DNA of 36,805 bases from a virus, in the IMG/VR virus record IMGVR_UViG_3300037882_000860, positions 1 to 36,805 of that record; one strand, 5' to 3'. The notes below the pieces were generated by a model. The model was not told the origin of the DNA. It ran no database searches and saw only the letters and a program-made list of their open reading frames with translations. A program made the translations under genes and the position numbers. This document shows positions 6,887-13,911 of this stretch, piece by piece (the first letter of the stretch is position 1; each line of letters opens with the position of its first letter).

Positions 6887-8477
6887 AGATTACCAACAAT
6901 ATGCGATAGATTGCTGCGAAAACTTTATCAAGTATAGGGATGGCAATGGATTTGTAGTTGCGGCTGGAGGGAGTGGGAAATCAATAATAATATCTAAGCT
7001 GGCCGAATCATTGTTACCATTAAAAATAATAATTCTAACTAGAAGCGAGAGACTTCTTAAGCAGAACAGAGAAAAAATCTCAGAAAACAATAAGGCGCGG
7101 TCTGGCATATACTGTGCCTCGATAGGAGAATATGATTATAACAAAGAAATTACTTTTGCCACGATTCAATCTATATCAAGGCTTGAGGAAAATCTAAGAC
7201 CAGATATTATTCTCATTGATGAGGTGCACGACCTTCACCCAGACAGCGAAAGCGAGACTCAATATTGGAAATTTATAAAAAAATGTGGAAACCCAAGAAT
7301 TATAGGGTTCACGGCCAGCCCATACAGAACTTCAAGCGGCAACATTTCATGGGGCGAAGAAATATGCAATATACCAATGAAGCCGCTTATTGATAAGGGC
7401 TATTTGTGTCCACCAACAAATAAATGTCCTATAACGCCAGACCTATCTACGGTTGATGTAAAACTTGGTGACTATGTGGATGGGCAGCTTGAAGGTATTT
7501 TTCTTGAAAAAGGCCTTCTGAAGGCATCAATTGAATCATTGATTAAATATGGAAACACTCGAAACCATGCTATTGTTTTTTGTCAAAGCAGGAAGCATGC
7601 CGCAATTGTTAATCAGGCCTTGTTAGACAATGGGCAGCAATCTGTTTATGTTGATGGAGAAACACCAAAAGACAAATTGGAAGATATAATAAATTCAAAG
7701 CCAAAGTTTATTTGCAACAACAATCTAATGACAACTGGCTATGACCTTCCGTGGGTTGATATGGTCGCCATACTGCGCTCCACCCTAAGCAAAGGGCTAT
7801 TCGAGCAAATGGCACTTAGGGGAACTAGGCTATATGAAAACAAAAAAGACTTCCTCCTTCTTGACATGGGCAACAACCTGATTGAGCATGGAGCGCTTGG
7901 CAGTCCGTATGAAGGTAAATCCACCAAAGGCGAGCGTGTACAACCAAAGGGTAGAATATGCCCAGTATGCGAAACCTATGTGAAAGTGGAAGACATGCGC
8001 TGCGCTGATTGCGGCCATGAGTTCCCACCAGCGGAAACGCCAACGGTTGACCACAAAAGGAAGCATGACACTGAATCAAACACGGTTTACGACCACAACA
8101 CACCGCCAGAAATGCTTACGGTGAAAGATGTGAGCTATTACACCAAGCCAAACAAAAAGACGCGACAACCAATGATTGTAGTGAATTACATGGTGAACGA
8201 GCGCTACGAGCCTGTGACCGAGTATTTCATGCCATACCATGAAAATGAGTGGGTGGCAGGCAAGTTTGCCGCCTATCTTGGTGAATCGCATGTTGCATAT
8301 AATTCGCTTGCTACTATCAAGATGCTAACCGCTGAGCAACTTGTTGAGCATTGCGAGATTCACAACAAGAAACCAATCTCTATTGTGAGGTCTTACAATA
8401 AAAAAGGATTTCCAGAAATCCGCAGAGCGTATGCTGTGGATCAACCAGATTTAGGCGGGGACACGATTCCATGGTAA
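6861..8477 (+). CDS. SF2 (DEAD/DEAH-like) DNA helicase with C-terminal zinc ribbon
   Basis: LRDYQQYAI, Walker A AAGGSGKS, DEVH box LIDEVHD, GFTASPYR, and later CPVCE...CADCGHEF. Confidence 0.85.
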   Translation: MSKPLYQLRDYQQYAIDCCENFIKYRDGNGFVVAAGGSGKSIIISKLAESLLPLKIIILTRSERLLKQNREKISENNKARSGIYCASIGEYDYNKEITFATIQSISRLEENLRPDIILIDEVHDLHPDSESETQYWKFIKKCGNPRIIGFTASPYRTSSGNISWGEEICNIPMKPLIDKGYLCPPTNKCPITPDLSTVDVKLGDYVDGQLEGIFLEKGLLKASIESLIKYGNTRNHAIVFCQSRKHAAIVNQALLDNGQQSVYVDGETPKDKLEDIINSKPKFICNNNLMTTGYDLPWVDMVAILRSTLSKGLFEQMALRGTRLYENKKDFLLLDMGNNLIEHGALGSPYEGKSTKGERVQPKGRICPVCETYVKVEDMRCADCGHEFPPAETPTVDHKRKHDTESNTVYDHNTPPEMLTVKDVSYYTKPNKKTRQPMIVVNYMVNERYEPVTEYFMPYHENEWVAGKFAAYLGESHVAYNSLATIKMLTAEQLVEHCEIHNKKPISIVRSYNKKGFPEIRRAYAVDQPDLGGDTIPW

Positions 8478-8803
8478 GGGCTGAGCTAACCATTCAAAAT
8501 GATTTGATTTACTTGGTGCACAATACATACCCGCAAATCATCATCACTGCCACAAGCAATGAAAACCAACGCAAGCAGCGTATTGGTTCGGTGGGAATAC
8601 CAGACCTTATTCTTTTCCATCCAAGTGGTGCAGTGCTTTTTCTTGAGCTGAAAACCACCACGGGAAGGTTATCTCCAGAACAGAAAGAGTGGAAAGAGTT
8701 GTTTGATATCCACGGATTCCAACACTCTTACAATGTCGCATACGGCTATAACGAGGCACAAAAAATAATTTCAGATTGGGTATTGACAGCAACAGCAAAC
8801 TAG
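8471..8803 (+). CDS. VRR-NUC domain nuclease
   Basis: GIPDLILFHPSGAVLFLELKTTTGRLSPEQKEW matches the PD-(D/E)XK VRR-NUC core. Confidence 0.7.
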   Translation: MVRAELTIQNDLIYLVHNTYPQIIITATSNENQRKQRIGSVGIPDLILFHPSGAVLFLELKTTTGRLSPEQKEWKELFDIHGFQHSYNVAYGYNEAQKIISDWVLTATAN

Positions 8804-8817
8804 GATAAAAGATACAT

Positions 8818-9117
8818 ATGACAAAGGAAGAATTGAAACAATGGCGAAAAAGTTTGGGTCTGACTCAAGAACAGTTATCTGAGTTTTTGGGATACAGGCG
8901 AGGAACGCTAATTAAGTGGGAGCAGGGTGTAACAGAGGTTCCGAGCTTTATGGATTTGATAAAGCTTTTACTTAAAAAGAAACACTTAAGGGGGATAAAT
9001 GAAACCGCACGAAAAACACTTTCAAATCGTGGAAATGTATTACAAGGGAAGGCCGTTTCTAGACATAGACAAAAAGCTAGGACTAAAAACGGTGTACGAG
9101 GCAAGAAGCTATCTTGA
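8818..9117 (+). CDS. HTH (XRE/Cro-like) protein; the 3' third overlaps the next ORF out of frame
   Basis: LKQWRKSLGLTQEQLSEFLGYRRGTLIKWEQG is an HTH pattern. The basic tail after about residue 60 may not be biologically meaningful. Confidence 0.6.
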   Translation: MTKEELKQWRKSLGLTQEQLSEFLGYRRGTLIKWEQGVTEVPSFMDLIKLLLKKKHLRGINETARKTLSNRGNVLQGKAVSRHRQKARTKNGVRGKKLS

Positions 9118-9190
9118 GTCAATAGGGCTATTTAAGATGGCAACGGTTGCAGAAATGAACAGGAAAATAAACGCAGGCGAAGAATGGTGA
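8999..9190 (+). CDS. 63-aa putative HTH (sigma-70 region-4 / LuxR-like) protein
   Basis: Strong SD AGGGGGA before the ATG. FQIVEMYYKGRPFLDIDKKLGLKTVYEARSYLE resembles a region-4 HTH. Confidence 0.5.
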   Translation: MKPHEKHFQIVEMYYKGRPFLDIDKKLGLKTVYEARSYLESIGLFKMATVAEMNRKINAGEEW

Positions 9191-9390
9191 TAGACTTTCC
9201 ACCGCTGCCAGTGAGTGACCTGCTTCGGAGGATACGGGATGACTTGGGTAGCATATACGGACGGGAAAACGAAGAAATACTAAAAGCCTCGGTTGAACTG
9301 AGGAACAAAAAGAGGTTCGCGGGTGCACAGGCCCTCAAAGAACTCGGAACGATTATGTATAACCTAGGAGTTGAAATACAGGGGGAATAG
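9184..9390 (+). CDS. 68-aa hypothetical protein
   Basis: ORF track; ATGGTGA overlap with the upstream stop. Confidence 0.5.
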   Translation: MVIDFPPLPVSDLLRRIRDDLGSIYGRENEEILKASVELRNKKRFAGAQALKELGTIMYNLGVEIQGE

Positions 9391-9391
9391 T

Positions 9392-9787
9392 ATGCTAACA
9401 GCATTTGTAGATGGCTCATATGCCAAACAAGGTGGATGGGCGGCAATCGTTCGTGGTGATAAGAACTACGAAATAGGTGGACGCTTTGAATGTAAGGATA
9501 ATTACGAGGCGGAGCTTTGCGCGGTGTATAAGGCGCTGGAATCATCAGAGGGAAAGATAAGCATTGTTTGTGACCATGCCGCTATCGTGGATGGGCTTAT
9601 GTGCATCAAGGAATGTGGGGCTGGATGGTATCCACCTGAGAAGTGCCACTCGCTATGGCTTAAGGTGATGTATGAGGCGCACCACAAGCTTGAGTCGGTG
9701 AAGTGGGTGCGGGGTGATTCGCTGCCAGAGATGAAGATGGCGCACAAGATGGCTAACACCCATGCACAGATAGAGAGAGGGAGATAA
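9392..9787 (+). CDS. RNase H (type 1, RNase HI-like)
   Basis: AFVDGS...GGWAAIV...NYEAELCAVYKAL...IVCDHAAIV is a DEDD-type pattern. ATG 9392 with SD AGGGGGA is preferred to the TTG at 9371. Confidence 0.7.
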   Translation: MLTAFVDGSYAKQGGWAAIVRGDKNYEIGGRFECKDNYEAELCAVYKALESSEGKISIVCDHAAIVDGLMCIKECGAGWYPPEKCHSLWLKVMYEAHHKLESVKWVRGDSLPEMKMAHKMANTHAQIERGR

Positions 9788-9793
9788 TTTTAT

Positions 9794-9897
9794 GACCACC
9801 GCCCGCAAGGGCAGAAGCGCATACGGTTAGAGCCTAGGCTTTGACAGAAAGGCCGCCAGTATGGATGGGGGATGCGTGTATCCGGAGGTGGTCGCCA
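9794..9897 (+). other. candidate structured RNA element (GC-rich intergenic; tRNA-like closing stem followed by GCCA)
   Basis: GACCACC (9794-9800) pairs with GGTGGTC (9887-9893) and is followed by G-CCA. Internal hairpins include GCCC-GCAA-GGGC (9801-9812), CATAC/GTATG (9820-24 / 9859-63) and GGAT-N6-ATCC (9870-83). There is no canonical T-loop or D-arm. Confidence 0.2.
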
Positions 9898-9900
9898 AAC

Positions 9901-9919
9901 TTTAGAGAGGGAATATGAA
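9901..9919 (+). repeat. junction motif TTTAGAGAGGGAATATGAA, copy 1 of 2
   Basis: Exact 19-mer (stop TAG + SD + ATG). Confidence 0.9.
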
Positions 9920-10076
9920 TAAGTTTTTTTGCGGGTTGTTCAGACATTTTTGGTCTGATTGGACTGATGATTTTATTACTCATCATTTTACCGAAGGCAA
10001 AAGGGAAATTGATTACAGATACTGCCGCTGTTGTGGCGCAGTTGAATGGAAATCAGAATTTAAAAGAAAGTTTTAG
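9915..10076 (+). CDS. 53-aa Cys-containing hypothetical protein
   Basis: Hand translation MNKFFCGLFRHFWSDWTDDFITHHFTEGKREIDYRYCRCCGAVEWKSEFKRKF. Bounded on both sides by the same 19-nt motif. Confidence 0.45.
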   Translation: MNKFFCGLFRHFWSDWTDDFITHHFTEGKREIDYRYCRCCGAVEWKSEFKRKF

Positions 10077-10090
10077 AGAGGGAATATGAA
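10072..10090 (+). repeat. junction motif TTTAGAGAGGGAATATGAA, copy 2 of 2
   Basis: Exact 19-mer. Confidence 0.9.
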
Positions 10091-10337
10091 AACCTATTTT
10101 TGTTACGCGCCAGACGATGAAGAAGAAAACGAGGCTGAAATGGTTGAGGCTGTGTGTCAATCATGGGCGGCTGAGGAATATGCCGAGCGTGTTTATCAGC
10201 GTGGAGACCCGCCTAAGCATGGGGATATTCTACAGGTGAAGGTTAGCCTTGATGGCGAATCTTTTTGGAAAACGTACGATGTTGGGTGCGGGTATAGTCC
10301 AACGTTTTTTGCAACATTGAAGGGGGATGAAGAATGA
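10086..10337 (+). CDS. 83-aa hypothetical protein (acidic)
   Basis: ORF track; SD GAGAGGGA. Confidence 0.6.
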   Translation: MKTYFCYAPDDEEENEAEMVEAVCQSWAAEEYAERVYQRGDPPKHGDILQVKVSLDGESFWKTYDVGCGYSPTFFATLKGDEE

Positions 10338-10582
10338 ACGCGATACACCAAGGATGCAATACACTGGGCGGAATACAAAGCGCCGATAAGCTCTATTACG
10401 AAGAAGCTCAAAAGCTATGGGCTTCCCGCGCTAAAGTGCAGGAAGAAGGCGAAATATCACGCAAGTTTAATGATGTGTGGGATAGACTTTTCCACCTAGA
10501 GCAAATGCTGATCACAGCATACAGGCACATTGAGGAATTGAAGCGCAATAACGGGATGTGTGACAAGGAGCCGAGTTTATGA
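10334..10582 (+). CDS. 82-aa hypothetical protein
   Basis: ORF track; ATGA overlap. Confidence 0.55.
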   Translation: MNAIHQGCNTLGGIQSADKLYYEEAQKLWASRAKVQEEGEISRKFNDVWDRLFHLEQMLITAYRHIEELKRNNGMCDKEPSL

Positions 10583-10767
10583 ACAAAAAATACAGCTACT
10601 ACGACTTTATAGATTCGTGCGGAATTGGCGAAGATAACTCACGCATTGCAAAGAAAATGTTTGATGCAATTGCTGGCGAGGAAGTTGACGCTCAAAGCAT
10701 GTGTATGGTTCTGGCTACGCTTACTGCGTGCCAAGTGCAACTAATCCGTGAGGCCATAAATGGATAA
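10579..10767 (+). CDS. 62-aa hypothetical protein
   Basis: ORF track; ATGA overlap. Confidence 0.5.
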   Translation: MNKKYSYYDFIDSCGIGEDNSRIAKKMFDAIAGEEVDAQSMCMVLATLTACQVQLIREAING

Positions 10768-10915
10768 AATAACACACATAGACGACCACCGCAAACACTG
10801 CACAGCATCGGTTGAGTGCGTGGCTTGCGGGAAGAAATGGGTTGCTGTTTATCCACTAGATACCAAGCAGCTTGAGTGTCCACAATGCGGAAAAAAAGAT
10901 GGGGTTTATTTATGA
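10760..10915 (+). CDS. 51-aa zinc-ribbon protein
   Basis: Hand translation MDKITHIDDHRKHCTASVECVACGKKWVAVYPLDTKQLECPQCGKKDGVYL (CxxC...CxxC). Confidence 0.5.
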   Translation: MDKITHIDDHRKHCTASVECVACGKKWVAVYPLDTKQLECPQCGKKDGVYL

Positions 10916-11301
10916 AAACACTACGAGAGCAACTTGACGATACATTTAGTTTAGAGCGAGCGGCAAGCGCGAAGTCAATTCAAGAAGCACTCATAATTGT
11001 CGAGGCCGAATGCCACAAACTTATGCACGTAGCTAAGCAAATGGATGCGTTGCTGGAGGAGTGTGCGAAAGAGCTGAATAATGATGCCGATATTTTTGCG
11101 CTGTACGAAGCAGCCAAAGCACCCCGCACGATAAGCGCGGAGGAGTTGGAGAGGATTGCTAGGGCGATTTATCGCGAATATCAATCATCCGCTGGTATAG
11201 ACAAGGTTCACGTTGAGTGGTGCGTAGATAATTTCTGGCACAAAGCATTGCCAGAAGCCAAGCCCGCCCTCGCAACCCTAGGCATTACGGTGGGGGATTA
11301 G
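10912..11301 (+). CDS. 129-aa hypothetical protein
   Basis: ORF track 10876..11301. ATG 10912 (ATGA overlap with the zinc-ribbon gene) preferred. Confidence 0.6.
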   Translation: MKTLREQLDDTFSLERAASAKSIQEALIIVEAECHKLMHVAKQMDALLEECAKELNNDADIFALYEAAKAPRTISAEELERIARAIYREYQSSAGIDKVHVEWCVDNFWHKALPEAKPALATLGITVGD

Positions 11302-11302
11302 T

Positions 11303-11548
11303 ATGGTATCGTTAGTACCTATTAAATGCGTAGGTGGAAAATACGCAACCGATGAAAACGGCTTTTTATATAAGCTTAATCAGTTTGGGACTACGAAAGC
11401 TGTGCGAGTTATTCTTTCACGCTATGGCAAAAAGAATAATGCGTATTTTGATGTTGTCCACATGGGAAAAAAGATAAGATTCTATCAGGATTGGCTTAAA
11501 GATATGCAGGAAAACGCGATAGGTAAAGTTATGGGAGATTGGAAATGA
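11303..11548 (+). CDS. 81-aa hypothetical protein
   Basis: ORF track; SD GGGGGA. Confidence 0.55.
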   Translation: MVSLVPIKCVGGKYATDENGFLYKLNQFGTTKAVRVILSRYGKKNNAYFDVVHMGKKIRFYQDWLKDMQENAIGKVMGDWK

Positions 11549-11859
11549 GTATCAGTATTTTGAATAGAGTTTCGGATTTTAGAAAGCTGGCAGAGGATAG
11601 CAACGCCCAATATGGTTACAGGGTGCGCCCACACGAGCGTTACAGAGGAACGTATTGCATTGATTTCCCCGAGCTTGATAAACAAAAGAAGTTGATTGGT
11701 GTATGGCGCAACAAAGAAGCCGATGCCGCTTATTTTGAATCATTGCCAGAGGCGTTGTCGATAATAAATGAGCAGAACAGAATAATTTTTGAACTTGCGG
11801 ATAAGCTAGCCAGATATGAAGAAAAAGACGTAACCAACAAACCAAACAGTAAGGAGTGA
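11545..11859 (+). CDS. 104-aa hypothetical protein
   Basis: ORF track 11539..11859; ATG 11545 in an ATGA overlap preferred. Confidence 0.55.
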   Translation: MSISILNRVSDFRKLAEDSNAQYGYRVRPHERYRGTYCIDFPELDKQKKLIGVWRNKEADAAYFESLPEALSIINEQNRIIFELADKLARYEEKDVTNKPNSKE

Positions 11860-11866
11860 GGGTATG
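11844..11866 (+). repeat. junction motif AAACAGTAAGGAGTGAGGGTATG, copy 1 of 2
   Basis: Exact 23-mer containing ..SKE stop, SD and ATG. Confidence 0.9.
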
Positions 11867-11989
11867 AAAGACAGCTGGGGAATATTTTTTGCGGTTATAT
11901 TAATTCTCTTATTTTTGGGCGAATACAAGCTAACTATTACGACAACGGACAATATTAAAACACTTCGTTTTGAAGAGGTAAAACCATGA
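11864..11989 (+). CDS. 41-aa single-TM mini-protein
   Basis: Hand translation MKDSWGIFFAVILILLFLGEYKLTITTTDNIKTLRFEEVKP; strong SD AAGGAG. Confidence 0.45.
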   Translation: MKDSWGIFFAVILILLFLGEYKLTITTTDNIKTLRFEEVKP

Positions 11990-12005
11990 CAAACACACGC
12001 AACAG

Positions 12006-12028
12006 AAACAGTAAGGAGTGAGGGTATG
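12006..12028 (+). repeat. junction motif AAACAGTAAGGAGTGAGGGTATG, copy 2 of 2
   Basis: Exact 23-mer. Confidence 0.9.
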
Positions 12029-12208
12029 GGAGATATAACCTACAGATTTAAGCCAAGCAATTGGAATCTTGATGAATACATAAAATCAAGGCAATTTGCG
12101 GCAAACCAACTACGCACTGATGCAGCGACTCTAAAATTCAAGGCGGATGCAATTGAAGATGAATTAATTGAGCTGCAAAAAAGATTAGTGGAGGATGTAA
12201 AAGCATGA
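12026..12208 (+). CDS. 60-aa hypothetical protein
   Basis: ORF track; same SD cassette as gene 11864. Confidence 0.55.
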   Translation: MGDITYRFKPSNWNLDEYIKSRQFAANQLRTDAATLKFKADAIEDELIELQKRLVEDVKA

Positions 12209-12504
12209 CCAACACACGCGAAGAAGTGGCAGTTGCAGAGGCTATATGGGATGCGGATGATTATAATGATTATCCATTTTCCCAAACAACTGATGACACC
12301 AAAACACACAACATATCTTTAGCCAAAGCAGCCATAGCCGCATCAAACTCTAAGTATGTCCCGCAGCTTGTGGCGGCGTTGAAGGGCTTGCTGGCCGATA
12401 TAGAGGAATATCAAACAATCAACAACCTTGGCGGTGAAAACAATCATTGGCAAGTAGCCGCGAGGAAAGCCATTAACAACCTGCCAGAGGAGCTAAAACA
12501 ATGA
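12205..12504 (+). CDS. 99-aa hypothetical protein
   Basis: ORF track; ATGA overlap. Confidence 0.55.
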   Translation: MTNTREEVAVAEAIWDADDYNDYPFSQTTDDTKTHNISLAKAAIAASNSKYVPQLVAALKGLLADIEEYQTINNLGGENNHWQVAARKAINNLPEELKQ

Positions 12505-12788
12505 CAAACAATAAAACAACCGCGCCGCTTACTCCATACGGAGAGGCTCTAACCAAGGCATTCGCAGAAGACCCGTCACTTGATGAATTATCATTCAAGA
12601 CTGGATACCTCGCCTTCAAGACTGAAGCCCTCGCCGCATTTGAGCAGCCAGACGTGAGTGAGGGGGATAAAGAGCAAGAGGCGTTTGAAAGATGGTGCTC
12701 GCTTAACTGCTTAATACCCTCACCGGCAAGAAAGGAGGCATGGCAAGCCCGTGCTGCACTCAACAAATACCGCGAGAGGAAGATATGA
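12501..12788 (+). CDS. 95-aa hypothetical protein
   Basis: ORF track; ATGA overlap. Confidence 0.55.
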   Translation: MTNNKTTAPLTPYGEALTKAFAEDPSLDELSFKTGYLAFKTEALAAFEQPDVSEGDKEQEAFERWCSLNCLIPSPARKEAWQARAALNKYRERKI

Positions 12789-12937
12789 AGCCATTAAATT
12801 GCCCTTTCTGTGACAAGCCAGCCGAAAAGGTAGGTAACGTATCGTGGACTAATTTTTACAGGTGTTCAGATAATAAGTGCGCTGGTCATACAGTAATCGC
12901 CAAGCTAGAGGAGTGGAATAAACGCCCATGCTCTTAA
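12785..12937 (+). CDS. 50-aa Lar-family-like zinc-ribbon protein (possible restriction alleviation)
   Basis: MKPLNCPFCDKPAEKVG...YRCSDNKCAGHTVIAKLEEWNKRP resembles the Lar pattern (CPFCG...C..C...AWNrR). ATG 12785 in an ATGA overlap. Confidence 0.5.
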   Translation: MKPLNCPFCDKPAEKVGNVSWTNFYRCSDNKCAGHTVIAKLEEWNKRPCS

Positions 12938-13014
12938 TAGATTATTTATCTTTAGCCTGTATCATCACCCTGTTCACCACCCTTTTATGGCTTATCTGGA
13001 GGAAACCAGTATGA
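12928..13014 (+). CDS. 28-aa hydrophobic peptide (tentative)
   Basis: MLLIDYLSLACIITLFTTLLWLIWRKPV. Its stop overlaps ATG 13011 (ATGA). Confidence 0.25.
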   Translation: MLLIDYLSLACIITLFTTLLWLIWRKPV

Positions 13015-13556
13015 TTATACCATTTATCACAGCTATTCTAAACCGCTTCCGTGGGGATAACACGGTTTCTAAGGGGTATTGGTTTCTGTTCATGATTCCC
13101 CTAATTCTATTCGCAAGCGCCGACCCAGTAGTGATTATTGCGTGGGCTATGTTTCTAGCGGTCTACGCCGTACCACCAACATCCTCTATGCTTTCATGTA
13201 TGATGGGGCGTTCACAGGCTCGCATGGACTCACCGCACTGGCAGTGGATGTACCGTTTTACGGTTGTTGTTAGGGGGTTCTTACCCCGTGGAATGACCAT
13301 TACAGAGACGTGGCGCGTATCAACCATATTCTACGGCTTCTTTCGTGGCCTTCCGTGCGTGATTCCGGTTGGTTTGCTTTATGGTTATACCGATGACCCT
13401 TTGGCGCTTGTAGGGTTACTCCTAATGCTTCAGGGCTTGCCGTACTACGTGTTTAAGAAGCTATTGATGCAATTCCCTAACCACGGCGATATGCCGGTGG
13501 TGTATGCAGAGTTGACGATAGGCTATTTCCTTGGTGTTTACTTGGGGGTCTTATGA
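13011..13556 (+). CDS. 181-aa polytopic inner-membrane protein, function unknown
   Basis: At least 5 hydrophobic segments. SD GGAGGAAA before ATG 13011 (the track start 12987 is less likely). Confidence 0.65.
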   Translation: MIIPFITAILNRFRGDNTVSKGYWFLFMIPLILFASADPVVIIAWAMFLAVYAVPPTSSMLSCMMGRSQARMDSPHWQWMYRFTVVVRGFLPRGMTITETWRVSTIFYGFFRGLPCVIPVGLLYGYTDDPLALVGLLLMLQGLPYYVFKKLLMQFPNHGDMPVVYAELTIGYFLGVYLGVL

Positions 13557-13687
13557 CCCGCGAGGAACTCGTAAAGCAGATAAGCTTCACCATAGGCATG
13601 TTTATAGGCTATAGGCCAGAGCGTCAGGCTGAGGAGGTTGTGAAGCTATTAGAGGAGCTAAAAATAGCCCCGCCCTACAGGGAGTAG
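13553..13687 (+). CDS. 44-aa hypothetical protein (last gene of the rightward operon)
   Basis: ATGA overlap. Hand translation MTREELVKQISFTIGMFIGYRPERQAEEVVKLLEELKIAPPYRE. Confidence 0.4.
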   Translation: MTREELVKQISFTIGMFIGYRPERQAEEVVKLLEELKIAPPYRE

Positions 13688-13698
13688 TAGACGGGGCT
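13660..13698 (-). terminator. rho-independent terminator of the leftward late operon, overlapping the 3' end of plus-strand gene 13553..13687
   Basis: AGCCCCG / CGGGGCT stem (13666-72 / 13692-98). On the minus strand it is followed by ATTTTT (complement of 13660-65). Confidence 0.55.
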
Positions 13699-13767
13699 GA
13701 GTGAGCATCCACTAGGAGTCAAAACGTAGGTAGTACCCCGTCATTATACTCCTCATACCACCACGTG

Positions 13768-13911
13768 TCAAGCAGAAGCCAGCCCATCTAAACGCTCCAA
13801 TGCATCCTGAAATAAACTGATTATCTCTTCTTCCTTTTTGTCCATGCGCCTATTAAGGCAGTATGAACCAAGCGCAATGGCGCAGTATTTTACAAACTCT
13901 TTATTTGTCAT
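13768..13911 (-). CDS. 47-aa hypothetical protein, translationally coupled to the holin
   Basis: ATGA overlap with the holin stop. Hand translation MTNKEFVKYCAIALGSYCLNRRMDKKEEEIISLFQDALERLDGLASA. Confidence 0.4.
   Translation of the reverse strand: MTNKEFVKYCAIALGSYCLNRRMDKKEEEIISLFQDALERLDGLASA

Noticed and set aside
9132-9545. 137-aa minus-strand ORF (and 8865..9122, 9128..9328, 9502..9759 on the minus strand)
   Set aside because: Antisense to a dense run of plus-strand genes, including RNase H. No SD and no motifs.
9794-9897. Calling the structured element a tRNA gene or an attP-type tRNA fragment
   Set aside because: At 104 nt it lacks a GTTCRA T-loop, a D-arm and the 2-nt acceptor-D linker. 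Only the 7-bp closing stem plus GCCA is tRNA-like. It is kept as a candidate structured RNA, not as a tRNA.
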